A DNA stretch of 64,000 nt. Source: an uncultured Candidatus Saccharibacteria bacterium (GTDB lineage Bacteria; Patescibacteriota; Saccharimonadia; Saccharimonadales; UBA10212). Positions 27,656-38,518 of this stretch are shown here, one piece after another. Positions within the stretch are counted from its first letter, which is position 1, and each line of letters starts with the position of its first letter. Location: positions 603,234-667,233 of the forward strand of contig OZ246413.1 of assembly GCA_965231085.1 (NCBI GenBank). The letters are read 5' to 3'. Below the pieces are notes generated by a model. The model was not told the origin of the DNA, searched no databases, and saw only the letters and a program-made list of their open reading frames with translations. A program made the translations under genes and the position numbers.

Positions 27656-29715
27656 AAATTTTGCTGGCCTATAGCAAAGCTCACTTTGACCCAAGCAAAA
27701 AAAAGTCCGAACACAAATACTGGGACTCATCGGCCAACATAATATCCCGTAATCTCTATGAGAGCTTATCTAAACTGGGCGATGTAACCTACATTGACTG
27801 CTGGCACCGTGAAGAAATCGAGTCTGTTACAAATCAAGAGTTTGATGTTTTCATAGGGATTATAGATAAGTTTGCCGACATAGTTTCTAAAATTACCGCA
27901 AAGAAAAAAATACTATGGGCAGTTAATAGCCACCCAACCTATAGGAACAATCAGCTCAAGACCTTTATGGAGCGCGAGCATCTTGGCCAAGCCTCACTGA
28001 ATGATTGGGATATTGTTGACGATAGTTTTTTAGAAAGCGTCAATCTAGCCGATTATATAATTGGTGTTGGCGACAACGTTACCTATAACACCTATATTTC
28101 CGAGGGCGTAGATAAGAAGAAAATTAAAATGGTCAACTATGGTGTTGGTGAAACCGCTAAAATATCTAATGCTAAAAGTAACCGATTTTTATACCTTTCT
28201 TCCGACATTGGTTTACGAAAAGGCTTCGATATCATTACGGCCATCTTTAGCCACCCAGCAGTGCTCGAGAAAAACTTTCACCTTGATATAGTCGGCCCAA
28301 TCAGCACTAAGCATTACGAGAAAAAAATGAGGGTTTTTGAGGAGCTTACTAAAGGTAAGGTCACCTACCATGGCTGGGTCCCAGCCGATTCTAAGAAATA
28401 TGATGATATTGTCTCCAATGCTTCTTTCTTGGTTTTTCCTAGCCTAGAAGAAGGGCAAGCCGGAACCGTGCTTGATGGTCTAGCCCGTGGCATCATCCCG
28501 ATATCATCCCAGCATTCCGGAGTGCCTTTTTCACCACTTGGTAACTTTGACTTGTCTACCGTCTCAGATACTAATGTGGCTCTGATACTAGAAGCTTTAA
28601 ATCTAACAAAGCCCGAGCTTTCTAGCCTACGTCAACATGCTAAGCGTTACTACGAGGAATTTCATGGCCAGTGGACCAAAAATCTTGAGGAAACCTTAGA
28701 CAATGTCATACACAAGGATCGGCTTTACCCTAAAATTAGTGTCGTCTTGCCTATATTCAATAAACAGGAAATCATCGAGGACCTTATCGCTAATTTGGAT
28801 GAGTCTTGTAAAGTTTATGGCAATAACGAATTGCACGTAATCTTTGATGGATGTAAGGATGATACCGAAAAATTAGTCCGTAAATTCTACAAAGACAAAA
28901 ATGATTACCCAGTTACTTTTGAGGTCACACCAAACATTTTTGAAGTTAAAACTAATAATATTGGCCTTAAAAAATCCACCGGTAAATATGCCGCAATCAT
29001 CCAGGACGACAACTTTATTTATGACCGTAATTTATTCTTTGAAACAGCCATGCTGCTTGATAACAACCCAAAGATTGCGATTCTGGGTGGGCTAGCCGGA
29101 GTTAACTTTTATCCTCTCGGGTATAAAAACATCAAAGGCCCCGGCCAGATCGCCATCAACGATAATGAATCTTATTGGCGGCAAGACGCGGCAACAAATC
29201 CAGAATATAAAAACCGCTACTACGAAGTTGATGCTTGCATGAGAGGACCGTTAATATTCCGTAAATCCTTCCTAGAAGAACATGGGTACCTTGATGAAGC
29301 CTTTGCACCGTTTTACATGGATGACATGGATATATCCATGCGAGCCAAAAAATTTGGCTATCACGTTTATACCGCTTTATTCAATGTTGAAAATAGGTCC
29401 TCAACTATCGCTCATTACAACACAAAGGAACGTCAGAAGTTCTGGGAAGATACGATGAGTAAAAATGGTAAACTTTTTTACCAACGTTGGACCCCTTCAA
29501 TAAAGAAAGACTACGACTGGATTAATCGCGTAAAAATTGTTGATTCTACAGCTGACATTGAGCGCGAGAAAATGTTTAAATACTTGAATACCAAAAGAGC
29601 TGAGGACAAGGCCAGATATTACCGACGTAAAGCTATGCTTTTAGCCCCAGCCGTTAAAACGAAAAGGAGAGCCCGTGCCATCGCCGGACGTATCAAAAAT
29701 AAAATTTCTTCCTAA
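27652..29715 (+). CDS. bifunctional glycosyltransferase (N-terminal GT4-like GT-B, C-terminal GT2)
   Basis: 687 aa. GT-B EX7E region (SLEEGQAGTVLDGLARGIIPI). The GT2 half starts at KISVVLPIFNKQEII and includes FDGCKDDT and IIQDDN. Confidence 0.8.
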   Translation: MKILLAYSKAHFDPSKKKSEHKYWDSSANIISRNLYESLSKLGDVTYIDCWHREEIESVTNQEFDVFIGIIDKFADIVSKITAKKKILWAVNSHPTYRNNQLKTFMEREHLGQASLNDWDIVDDSFLESVNLADYIIGVGDNVTYNTYISEGVDKKKIKMVNYGVGETAKISNAKSNRFLYLSSDIGLRKGFDIITAIFSHPAVLEKNFHLDIVGPISTKHYEKKMRVFEELTKGKVTYHGWVPADSKKYDDIVSNASFLVFPSLEEGQAGTVLDGLARGIIPISSQHSGVPFSPLGNFDLSTVSDTNVALILEALNLTKPELSSLRQHAKRYYEEFHGQWTKNLEETLDNVIHKDRLYPKISVVLPIFNKQEIIEDLIANLDESCKVYGNNELHVIFDGCKDDTEKLVRKFYKDKNDYPVTFEVTPNIFEVKTNNIGLKKSTGKYAAIIQDDNFIYDRNLFFETAMLLDNNPKIAILGGLAGVNFYPLGYKNIKGPGQIAINDNESYWRQDAATNPEYKNRYYEVDACMRGPLIFRKSFLEEHGYLDEAFAPFYMDDMDISMRAKKFGYHVYTALFNVENRSSTIAHYNTKERQKFWEDTMSKNGKLFYQRWTPSIKKDYDWINRVKIVDSTADIEREKMFKYLNTKRAEDKARYYRRKAMLLAPAVKTKRRARAIAGRIKNKISS

Positions 29716-30679
29716 GAAATTAAGCCTGGTATACCTAGTAGGAGCAAATTTACCAAAAGGAATCCTTGCTAAACAGGTTATTAAGTTTAAATCATCAAGT
29801 GAAGACTGGGTTTCCGCTGATCCGCTATTAAAAGCCGACCTGGTTGTTATTAATGATCAAAAAGCTGATGTTAAAAGTCTGGCAAAAAAAATCGCGGAGG
29901 CTACGCATGAAGCTGGCGCCGTATTTATAGCCAGCGACAACAAGCCTTTGTCGGCCGAGCTTAAAAAAAATAATTTTAAGTCTGTAGAGGCCAATCTTTT
30001 TCAGAAGTCATCCGGAACAACTCCAGAAGAATACGGCCAAGAATACATCGATCGCTGGGGTAATAATGACTGGATGGCAAATGCCAAAATGGAGGCTGAT
30101 CAAATCTTAGAACATCTGCCCAAGGGTTTAAAAAAATCTGAGATTAAGGTCCTTGATGTTGGGTGCTTGAACGGCTACATTTTAGAAGCCGTTAGACGGG
30201 GTGGTGTTAAGCATGTTTACGGCACCGATATTTCGTATTTTTTGGCCGTAGAAAAGCAGATTAACCCTGAACTTTTGCCAGCAATTACTATTGGTGACTT
30301 TAGTGTCAATAATTATCCTAGTAATTATTTTGAGATGGTCATTTGCATGGAAGTCCTGGAGCATATACCTCCACAGATGACCTCAAAGTTTATTAAGGAA
30401 TTGAAGCGTGTCACAGCCAAAAATGGCGTGATCTTAATATCCACCAGCGAAGACTGGAAGGCTGATGAGACCCATGTTAATTGTCGAGGGCGCTTTGAAT
30501 GGTATTTTGAGTTTGCAAAAAAAGGTTTGGCGGCAACTGGCAGTCAGGTAATTTTTCCTGGTTTCAATTCTTTCGTAGTGAAGCGGGAGAATAACCCTTT
30601 CAAGGCACTTACTAATTTATTGCTCACTGGTCTGAAGTTTGCCAGACAAGGCCGGATTGCGGGGCCAGAAACCAAATGA
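29675..30679 (+). CDS. class I SAM-dependent methyltransferase with N-terminal unknown domain
   Basis: 334 aa, GTG start, overlapping the upstream gene by 41 nt. SAM motif I is VLDVGCLNGYILEAV, with a later VICMEVLEHIP. Confidence 0.75.
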   Translation: MPSPDVSKIKFLPKKLSLVYLVGANLPKGILAKQVIKFKSSSEDWVSADPLLKADLVVINDQKADVKSLAKKIAEATHEAGAVFIASDNKPLSAELKKNNFKSVEANLFQKSSGTTPEEYGQEYIDRWGNNDWMANAKMEADQILEHLPKGLKKSEIKVLDVGCLNGYILEAVRRGGVKHVYGTDISYFLAVEKQINPELLPAITIGDFSVNNYPSNYFEMVICMEVLEHIPPQMTSKFIKELKRVTAKNGVILISTSEDWKADETHVNCRGRFEWYFEFAKKGLAATGSQVIFPGFNSFVVKRENNPFKALTNLLLTGLKFARQGRIAGPETK

Positions 30680-31551
30680 TAATTGTTAGATTAATGGGCG
30701 GGCTAGGTAACCAGATGTTCCAATATGCAGCAGGGCGCCGGCTGGCAGAATACCGAGGGACTAATCTAAAACTGGACCTAAGCTGGCTCAACACTTATCA
30801 AAAGTTAGAAAATGTCGCAAAAAGACAGTACGACTTGGACTGTTTTGTGCTTAAAGCCGATTTTGCTACAAAACAGGATATTGCCCGGGTTAACACCCCA
30901 CCCAACACGCTAAGAAGGGTTGTGTATAGAAAACTAGCTGGCCCGATAACCTTACTTAGAGAGCCCGAAAAAGCAGATTTTCAACCACATGTATTGACGG
31001 CAAAAAATAACACCTACCTAGAGGGCTACTGGCAGAGTGACAAATACTTTTCAGACCAGGCCGATATTATTAGAAAGGATCTATCATTTAAGAATCCTCC
31101 TTCTTCAAAGTATTCCGAGATAATGGCTTTAATAGAAAATGGCACAACAGTTTCCCTGCACGTCCGTAGGGGCGACTATGTCAAAGAGAAGCTTGCTAGC
31201 GAAATTTTAGGAGCTTTACCACTCTCCTACTATGAGTCAGCCATGAAATATATCGCTTCAAAAGTTGCAAACCCAGTATTTATTGTTTTTTCTGATGACA
31301 TAAACTGGTGTAAAAAGAATCTTAAAGCTAAGTATAAAATTGTATTCGCTGACGTTGGTGGCAAAAGTTGGGAAGATCTACAGGTAATGTCGCTCTGCAA
31401 CCATCATATTATCGCTAATAGTTCCTTTAGTTGGTGGGGTGGATGGTTAAACCCCAGCCAAGAAAAAATTGTTGTGGCTCCAAAAAATTGGTTTAAAGAA
31501 AAATCTATGAATTCAGTTAGATTATTCCCTGAAGAATGGGTAAAATTATAG
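30676..31551 (+). CDS. GT11-family alpha-1,2-fucosyltransferase-like glycosyltransferase
   Basis: MIIVRLMGGLGNQMFQYAAGRRLA and HVRRGDY are the hallmark GT11 motifs (as in Helicobacter FutC and E. coli WbsJ). Confidence 0.88.
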   Translation: MIIVRLMGGLGNQMFQYAAGRRLAEYRGTNLKLDLSWLNTYQKLENVAKRQYDLDCFVLKADFATKQDIARVNTPPNTLRRVVYRKLAGPITLLREPEKADFQPHVLTAKNNTYLEGYWQSDKYFSDQADIIRKDLSFKNPPSSKYSEIMALIENGTTVSLHVRRGDYVKEKLASEILGALPLSYYESAMKYIASKVANPVFIVFSDDINWCKKNLKAKYKIVFADVGGKSWEDLQVMSLCNHHIIANSSFSWWGGWLNPSQEKIVVAPKNWFKEKSMNSVRLFPEEWVKL

Positions 31552-32306
31552 AGATGAAGAAATTAATAAAATCAGTTATGCGTCGAGGTTCAGCAAGCCC
31601 AACTAAACAAACTAACGAATCGAGTAAATTTGATGAGGAGGTGGCTTTCTGGGAAGACGAAATCAAGCTTTACCAGAAATGGTACAACGGCGAAATTAAG
31701 GAACACTATGGCCATAAGCCGCCAAAGGCTAGCGACAAAGTAAAAGCTAATAACCTAAAAGATAGCGCTATTTTAACCTGGTTTAACGTTCACCAAAAAC
31801 CAAAGTATGCTGCCGATCTAAAAATAGCCAAGTCGGCGTTCAAAGGAAAAAAAGTTTTAGATATTGGAGCCGGGCCAATGCCTAGCGCCCTAGTGTTTGA
31901 AGGTTGCGATGTATATTCGCTAGATCCACTTTATGGTAAGTATCTAGCAGCGGGATACCCAATCCACTACTATAACCGCACCAAATTTGTTAATGCTTAT
32001 TCTGAGGATATCCCTCTAGCGGATAGTTCGATCGACGCAGTCATCTCAGTTAACGCTATTGATCATGTAGATGATATAGCAAAAACAGCGGCCGAGATTA
32101 AACGAGTTTTGAAGCCGGGCGGAAAGTTTGCTATGCACGTTCACTACCACGCCAAAACACCAACTGAGCCACTTGAACTGAATGATAAGGTTTTTAAACA
32201 ACATTTTGGCTGGGTTAAAAATCTTAAAAAAGTTGATACAGCCGTTAAGAAGTATGGATCGGTGGCCATGCCCGGAGAAGAATTTGCCCTTTGGAAAAAC
32301 TTCTAG
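31536..32306 (+). CDS. class I SAM-dependent methyltransferase
   Basis: VLDIGAGPMP motif I, IDAVISVNAIDHV, and LKPGGKFAM. An alternative in-frame start exists at 31554. Confidence 0.8.
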   Translation: MGKIIEMKKLIKSVMRRGSASPTKQTNESSKFDEEVAFWEDEIKLYQKWYNGEIKEHYGHKPPKASDKVKANNLKDSAILTWFNVHQKPKYAADLKIAKSAFKGKKVLDIGAGPMPSALVFEGCDVYSLDPLYGKYLAAGYPIHYYNRTKFVNAYSEDIPLADSSIDAVISVNAIDHVDDIAKTAAEIKRVLKPGGKFAMHVHYHAKTPTEPLELNDKVFKQHFGWVKNLKKVDTAVKKYGSVAMPGEEFALWKNF

Positions 32307-32322
32307 TTAGAAAGGATTTCCT

Positions 32323-33294
32323 GTGAGTCACAAGAACACCGACCAAAGCATTCCAAAAATAAGTGTAGTTATGAGTGTTTATAATGGTGAGGACTATTTA
32401 CGTCCTGCTATTGATAGCATCCTAAACCAGACATATCGCGATTTTGAATTTATCATAATCGATGACGGCTCAACCGATTCAAGTAAGAAAATTATCGAGA
32501 GTTATAAGGACTCAAGAATTAGATTGATTAGCCGAAAGAACCACGGACTAACCTATTCTCTTAACGAAGGCCTGAAGCTAGCCCGTGCCGAATACATTGC
32601 CCGCCAGGATGCCGATGATATTTCCCTGCCACACAGATTCGAAAAGGAAGTAGCCTTCCTTGATTCACATCCTGACGTTGGTTTGGTTGGCAGCAACTAT
32701 ATAGCGGTTGATAAGACAGCTAAGAAGGTTGTGGTTGTATCTAATGTTTTTATGCACCACGATGATCTTAAAGCTTGTCTGGTTCTATGCAATCAATACG
32801 GCCATGGGTCTATCATGATGAGGAAGAGCGCGATTGAAAAAGTGGCTGGTATCAAGGGATACGATAAAAAAGTTGGCCATGTAGAAGACTATGATTTATG
32901 GGTTAGATTAAGCCGTGTTTCTAAAGTGGCCAACATCGAAGATCCTCTTTATAAGTATCGCAAAGTCGACACTAGCGTGTCCCACTCAAAGTTGGAGGAA
33001 CAAGTGCAACTAACTTTCAAAGTAAGAGATAAGGCTTTTCAGCATTACCTAAAACATAAACATGAATACAAACCATTTCGTTTTCACCCAAGTGGCAAAA
33101 ATTATATGGAGCGTAAGTCAACTATGTATCGAGATTACGCCTATCTCGCCAGAATAAACGACAAACCATTGCTCGCTATTAAATTTTTAATAGCAGCGAT
33201 CATTTGTCAGCCAAAACTTAAAAGAAATTATAAGTATTTGGTTATCGCTGTATATAAACCCTTACTATATAGATGGAGATTTGACTGGTTATGA
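32323..33294 (+). CDS. glycosyltransferase family 2
   Basis: GTG start. ISVVMSVYNGEDYL, IIIDDGSTD, and ARQDADDIS (DxD). Confidence 0.88.
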   Translation: MSHKNTDQSIPKISVVMSVYNGEDYLRPAIDSILNQTYRDFEFIIIDDGSTDSSKKIIESYKDSRIRLISRKNHGLTYSLNEGLKLARAEYIARQDADDISLPHRFEKEVAFLDSHPDVGLVGSNYIAVDKTAKKVVVVSNVFMHHDDLKACLVLCNQYGHGSIMMRKSAIEKVAGIKGYDKKVGHVEDYDLWVRLSRVSKVANIEDPLYKYRKVDTSVSHSKLEEQVQLTFKVRDKAFQHYLKHKHEYKPFRFHPSGKNYMERKSTMYRDYAYLARINDKPLLAIKFLIAAIICQPKLKRNYKYLVIAVYKPLLYRWRFDWL

Positions 33295-35165
33295 GCAAAA
33301 CAACCGTAGACGTAATTATCCCAACTTATAATGGCTTGCCGTATTTGAAGGCAACAGTAGAAAGTGTCTTGGCCCAAACCCACAAAGACCTAATTCTTTA
33401 TGTAATTGATGATGGTTCCACGGATAATGGAGCAACTGAGAGATATATAAAAAGTATTAAGGACCCCCGAGTTAAATACTTCCGCAAAGAAAACGGCGGT
33501 CAATCAACAGCCAGGAACTACGGTATAAAAATATCCAAGTCACCTTTTGTGGCCTTAGTAGATGCCGACGACCTTTGGTACCCGCAAAAACTCGAAAAGC
33601 AACTAGAACGCTTCAGGAAAAACCCAAAGGCAGGAATGGTTTATGGTTTTCATAAATTAATTGACGATGACGAAAACAAATTTGCTGAAGTTATGTATGG
33701 ACGAACTGGTCATTTGTTTAATTATCTCCTCCGCGGCAACAAGATATCAGGCAGCGGTAGTATGGTTCTAGTCCGGCGTGAGGTTTTTGATAAGGTCGGC
33801 TTATTTCACGAGGACTTTTTAGTAGCCGAAGACTGGGAAATGTGGCTCAGAATAGCTAAAGATTATGAGATTGACTGTGTGCCTGAGTTCTTAGCTAGTC
33901 TCAGAGTTTTAAGTAATGGCATGCAGCAAAACTACATGAAGATGGCTAAGGGCTTAGAGTATATGCTGCCAATTATGGTTAAGGAATTTAAGCTGAACCC
34001 TTACCAACGGGCGCTAGTCGGCAAAATGTGCCTAAAAGAAGCTAGTCTATTGTATTTCAACAGCGGTGAGAGAAAACTCGCTCGGCGGGCTTTTTTGCGA
34101 GCACTGACTTACAACCCTTTTACCTACTTCACTCTCGACCGCAAGTGGTTCTTTGTGTATCTCAGAATTTTAATTGGTGCTGAGTGGATAAGATCAATCC
34201 GTAGACTTTTGTCCAGGAGTTACCGCACCAGAGAACAGGAGCATATACAGAAAAAAGCTGCTAAGGAAAGACCCCCTAAAGTATCGGTGGTATTACCCGT
34301 ATATAACGGCGAAAAATACATAAAGGCTGCTGTTGATAGCATACTCGAACAAACCTTTTCTGATTTTGAGTTGATTATCATTAATGATGGTTCCGAGGAT
34401 AAGACCCAGGAAATACTTGATTCAATTAAAGACCCTCGTGTAATAAAGGTTAAGCAACCAAATAAAGGTATTGTATTTAGCCTTAATAAAGCCATAGAGG
34501 TTTCAAAAGGTGAATACATTGCCCGCCAGGATGCCGACGATTTGTCGTTGCCGTCTCGGATAGAGGAGGAAGTAAATATTTTGGACAATAATCGGGATAT
34601 TATTCTAGTCGGTACGAACGCCATTGAGATTAATGAAAAAGACAGAAAAATTGGTGATAGACAAATGCCAGCTGACGACCCGTCTATTAGAATAAGTCTC
34701 TTTAATTTTAGCCCTTTCGTTCACGGTTCGGTAATGTTTAGAAAGTCAGCTTTTAAGCAAGCTGGTGGCTACCGCCAAGATTACTGGCCAGTAGAGGATT
34801 TTGACCTTTGGCGGAGAATGATAGGACTTGGCAAGGCTAAGAATATTCAAATGGGGCTCTACAAATTCAGAATTAATTCTGAAGGAACAAGCCAGACAAA
34901 CCTTGATAAAACAAAAAGGCTATCCGCTCAAGTCCAGCAAGAAATTGCTAAAAAACCTGTAAAGGTTATCGGCAGTGCCTTAAATATCAGGCGATCAATT
35001 AAAAACAATCCAGATAATTACAAATACTATAGCCATACGGCTCTTAGGGTTGCCAGAACATCTATCAAACATTTAAGGATCGTTAATAGTCTCTACTTGT
35101 TACTAAGTATTTCTCTGTCGCTCGCCGCGCTAAATAAGGCTAGGGCAACCAATGACAAACGCTAA
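33291..35165 (+). CDS. tandem double-GT2 glycosyltransferase
   Basis: 624 aa with two complete GT2 modules. The first has VDVIIPTYNGLPYL...VIDDGSTD...LVDADD. The second has VSVVLPVYNGEKYI...IINDGSED...ARQDADDLS. Confidence 0.88.
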   Translation: MSKTTVDVIIPTYNGLPYLKATVESVLAQTHKDLILYVIDDGSTDNGATERYIKSIKDPRVKYFRKENGGQSTARNYGIKISKSPFVALVDADDLWYPQKLEKQLERFRKNPKAGMVYGFHKLIDDDENKFAEVMYGRTGHLFNYLLRGNKISGSGSMVLVRREVFDKVGLFHEDFLVAEDWEMWLRIAKDYEIDCVPEFLASLRVLSNGMQQNYMKMAKGLEYMLPIMVKEFKLNPYQRALVGKMCLKEASLLYFNSGERKLARRAFLRALTYNPFTYFTLDRKWFFVYLRILIGAEWIRSIRRLLSRSYRTREQEHIQKKAAKERPPKVSVVLPVYNGEKYIKAAVDSILEQTFSDFELIIINDGSEDKTQEILDSIKDPRVIKVKQPNKGIVFSLNKAIEVSKGEYIARQDADDLSLPSRIEEEVNILDNNRDIILVGTNAIEINEKDRKIGDRQMPADDPSIRISLFNFSPFVHGSVMFRKSAFKQAGGYRQDYWPVEDFDLWRRMIGLGKAKNIQMGLYKFRINSEGTSQTNLDKTKRLSAQVQQEIAKKPVKVIGSALNIRRSIKNNPDNYKYYSHTALRVARTSIKHLRIVNSLYLLLSISLSLAALNKARATNDKR

Positions 35166-36252
35166 ACCGAAACTACTGATCGTTTCACCCGCAAGGGTTA
35201 TTGGTGGTGGTGAAGTGTACCTTAGAAATATTGTCCCAGAACTTAGCCGTCAATTTGAAGTCACAATTTTATGCCCGAGACAAACTGTAAAATTCTTTTC
35301 AAATATAGCCAGAACTCGAAAGTTCAGTATTTTCCCAAAACTCCTAGAAAATAAGTTGCCAAGACATCACCGAATCAAGAGACTGTATTACGCCGTATAT
35401 TTTAAAATTATTTCTAGTTATCTAAGGTCCTTTGACCTGGTTAATGTTCAGTGGTTCGATGGCGCACTGCTTGAATCTATAGGGTTCAGGCCATTAGTAG
35501 TAACCATGCACACTGAGTTTGTGATTCCTGAAGTTTACAATAATTACGTTAAACATGTGCTTAACAAGGTAGACAGAGTAATCTGCGTTAGCCAGAAAAC
35601 AACGTCTCAAATTGCAAAACGCGGGGTTGACGCAAATAAGGTAGTAACCATTGCTAATGGAATCCAGCTTGGTAAGTACAGTTTCAATAAAAAACCCGGC
35701 AATAAAATTGTCTGGATTGGCCGTGTCGAGCAGCAAGATAAAAACGTCATGTTATTCGCAGAAATAGCTAAAGAGTCTATGCAGGCCGGGCTAGGCCATA
35801 AGTTTAGTATTGTTGGCGAAGGTAGTTATGTTGCTAAGCTAAAAGAATTCATAATCAACAACAAATTAGATAATTTAAGTCTGGAAGGTTATTGCCCGCC
35901 AGATAGGCTGTCTAGTGTTTATAAAGATTCAAAAATATTGTGCTTAACATCCACTAACGAGGGTGGTACACCCTATGTTGTTATGGAAGCTATGGCCAGT
36001 GGAGTCCCGGTGATAGCAAGTGACGTTGGGGCATTACCCGAAATTATTAAAAATAATAAAAACGGACTCTTAGTACAAGACGGATCCGCAAAATCCTATC
36101 TGGAAAATATAGACCAGCTGGCATCTGATCCTAAGCTATACACCAAAATTGCGGCTGGTGGCAGGCGAACAATCCAAGATTCGTTTAATCTTGAGCGTAG
36201 TGCGCTACTTACAGCCAGGCTCTTTAATAGTCTCATGGGGCCGCGGCAATGA
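35152..36252 (+). CDS. glycosyltransferase family 4
   Basis: 366 aa GT-B with C-terminal STNEGGTPYVVMEAMASGVPVIASDVG. Confidence 0.85.
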   Translation: MTNAKPKLLIVSPARVIGGGEVYLRNIVPELSRQFEVTILCPRQTVKFFSNIARTRKFSIFPKLLENKLPRHHRIKRLYYAVYFKIISSYLRSFDLVNVQWFDGALLESIGFRPLVVTMHTEFVIPEVYNNYVKHVLNKVDRVICVSQKTTSQIAKRGVDANKVVTIANGIQLGKYSFNKKPGNKIVWIGRVEQQDKNVMLFAEIAKESMQAGLGHKFSIVGEGSYVAKLKEFIINNKLDNLSLEGYCPPDRLSSVYKDSKILCLTSTNEGGTPYVVMEAMASGVPVIASDVGALPEIIKNNKNGLLVQDGSAKSYLENIDQLASDPKLYTKIAAGGRRTIQDSFNLERSALLTARLFNSLMGPRQ

Positions 36253-37394
36253 TTAAGGTTGGCATAGAGGGGAGTTTGTTTTTCAAAAGGGGCAGCGGTG
36301 TGAGTACCTACGCCAAAAAACTAACTGAGGCGGCTTCAAAAATTGATTCTAACACTCAGTTCGAAATCGTACGGCATTGGCTACCATTTAAAAAATTTAC
36401 TGCTCCTATACCAATAACCTCTCATCTTAAGTATCGCCTGGTTAAATGGTTCCCACCTGTTGTGTATTTTCAGGTATTTAAAAGGTTTGGTACCTTTATA
36501 CCATACGATTTATTAGCTCTTAAAAGATACAAGTACTTCTTATTCTTTAACTTTGTCTCCTTTCCACTCAGCAAAAAAACTAAGGGGATTATTGTTGTGC
36601 ACGATCTGGCATTTTTATACTTTCCTGAGTATATTCAGGCTAAAAATCTAGCATATTTAAAGCGATTCTTACCAAAGTCGGTTAAGAGGGCTGCCTATAT
36701 CATAACTGTGTCAGAAAATTCTAAAAAAGACATCATTAAACATTACAAGGTTCCTAGTGAAAAAATAGTTGTTATTCCTAATGCTATAGATCCTGGTATT
36801 TTTAAGCCGGCTAACAAAACTGAGATTAACCACGTTAAAGAAAAATACCGTTTGCCGAAAAAGTATATTCATTTTCACGGTAATATTGAACCGCGTAAAA
36901 ACATCCAAGGCCTACTATCCGCCTATGAGTTGCTACCGAGTAAGCTAAAGACTGAATATAGTCTTGTGCTAAGCGGGGGAAAGGGCTGGAATGACGATCA
37001 GATCCACTCCCAAATTGCTAAACTCAAAAAAACGGGCCACGAAATTGTTCTTACTGGCTATGTGGATAACGAGGATGGCTTGGCGGCCATCTACAGTGGG
37101 GCTAGTTTGTTTGTCTACCCATCTTTCTACGAAGGTTTTGGGATCCCGCCCCTAGAGGCTATGGCTTGCGGCATACCAGTTATTACCAGTAACGCTTCGT
37201 CATTGCCTGAAGTCGTTGGCGATGCCGCTATTCTTGTTAGCCCTCAAGATGCGCCACAGCTTTCTAAAGAGATTGCCAAAGTTTTAAGTAATGCTAAGCT
37301 TCGAAAAAATATGATTGATAGGGGCTTAGCGAGAGCCAGGATGTTTAGCTGGGATAGCTCTGCGAAAAAACTTATTGAGCTTTTAGAAAAATAA
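36249..37394 (+). CDS. glycosyltransferase family 4
   Basis: 381 aa GT-B with [33 protein letters not shown]. Confidence 0.88.
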   Translation: MIKVGIEGSLFFKRGSGVSTYAKKLTEAASKIDSNTQFEIVRHWLPFKKFTAPIPITSHLKYRLVKWFPPVVYFQVFKRFGTFIPYDLLALKRYKYFLFFNFVSFPLSKKTKGIIVVHDLAFLYFPEYIQAKNLAYLKRFLPKSVKRAAYIITVSENSKKDIIKHYKVPSEKIVVIPNAIDPGIFKPANKTEINHVKEKYRLPKKYIHFHGNIEPRKNIQGLLSAYELLPSKLKTEYSLVLSGGKGWNDDQIHSQIAKLKKTGHEIVLTGYVDNEDGLAAIYSGASLFVYPSFYEGFGIPPLEAMACGIPVITSNASSLPEVVGDAAILVSPQDAPQLSKEIAKVLSNAKLRKNMIDRGLARARMFSWDSSAKKLIELLEK

Positions 37395-37396
37395 TC

Positions 37397-38431
37397 CTAT
37401 TTCCCTGGTGCGACTTCCTGAGCAACCGTGACCTTACCGCTCAATTTCTTGTTTAGTTCTTCAACGTCAGCATCTACCATAATTTTAACCAGCTCTTTAA
37501 AGGTGGTTTTCGGCTCCCAGCCAAGTTTTTTCTTGGCTTTAGTGCCGTCACCAATTAATAGATCGACTTCAGCGGGGCGCAAATAGCGCTTGTCGAATTC
37601 TACGTAGTCTTTGTAGTTAAGGCCTACGCAGCCAAACGCTTCCTCCAGGAATTCTCGGACGGTATGAGTCTCGTTGGTAGCAATTACGTAATCGTCTGGC
37701 TCGTCCTGCTGCAACATCAACCACATAGCTTCGACATATTCCTTGGCAAAGCCCCAGTCCCGCTTTGAATCCAAGTTTCCGAGATAAAGTTTATCTTGCA
37801 ACCCAGCCTGAATATGAGCTACGGCCCTTGTTATTTTTCTAGTTACAAAAGTTTCACCACGCCTTGGACTCTCGTGGTTAAATAAAATTCCACTGCAGGC
37901 AAACATGCCATAGCTTTCACGGTAGTTTTTAGTAATCCAGTGCCCGTATAACTTTGCTACAGCGTAGGGAGAACGGGGGTAGAATGGTGTGTTTTCAGTC
38001 TGGGGGACTTCTTGGACCTTCCCAAACATCTCACTAGAAGAAGCCTGGTAAAATCTTGTGTTCTTTAAGCCCAGACGGTGCATAGCTTCGAGAATTCTAA
38101 CTGCTCCGAGGGCATCGATATCGCCTGAATACTCTGGTATGTCAAACGATACCCTTACATGGCTCTGGGCGGCCAAGTTGTATATTTCGTCAGGTTTAAT
38201 GTCCGCAAGGGCAGAATATATAAAGCCCGCATCGCTTAGGTCGCCATAGACTAAGTGCAGTCTTGAGCCTTTTTCGTGCGGATCCTGGTAGATGTGATCT
38301 ATCCTGTGAGTATTAAAGGTGCTTGCCCGCCTGATAACACCGTAGACCTCATACCCCTTATCTAATAATAGTTCTGCTAGGTAGCTGCCGTCTTGCCCGG
38401 TAATCCCAGTAACTAGTGCACGTTTTGCCAT
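37397..38431 (-). CDS. gmd: GDP-mannose 4,6-dehydratase
   Basis: 344 aa. [26 protein letters not shown] and YAVAKLY are the canonical Gmd motifs. Confidence 0.95.
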   Translation of the reverse strand: MAKRALVTGITGQDGSYLAELLLDKGYEVYGVIRRASTFNTHRIDHIYQDPHEKGSRLHLVYGDLSDAGFIYSALADIKPDEIYNLAAQSHVRVSFDIPEYSGDIDALGAVRILEAMHRLGLKNTRFYQASSSEMFGKVQEVPQTENTPFYPRSPYAVAKLYGHWITKNYRESYGMFACSGILFNHESPRRGETFVTRKITRAVAHIQAGLQDKLYLGNLDSKRDWGFAKEYVEAMWLMLQQDEPDDYVIATNETHTVREFLEEAFGCVGLNYKDYVEFDKRYLRPAEVDLLIGDGTKAKKKLGWEPKTTFKELVKIMVDADVEELNKKLSGKVTVAQEVAPGK

Positions 38432-38518
38432 AAATAATAAACTCTTTCCTCTATATAATTTAAGTTATTACTCTATTATATCTTACGGCGCCAGTAACTA
38501 CGTGGTAAGATTGTATAA

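Noticed and set aside
34220-34624. 134-aa minus-strand ORF inside the double-GT2 gene, with similar antisense ORFs at 21534-21834, 26509-27097, 39121-39483, 41409-41854, 43349-43675, 45167-45946, 61239-61535 and 62837-63085
   Set aside because: All are nested antisense to genes with strong family signatures, lack RBSs, and have biased shadow-ORF composition.
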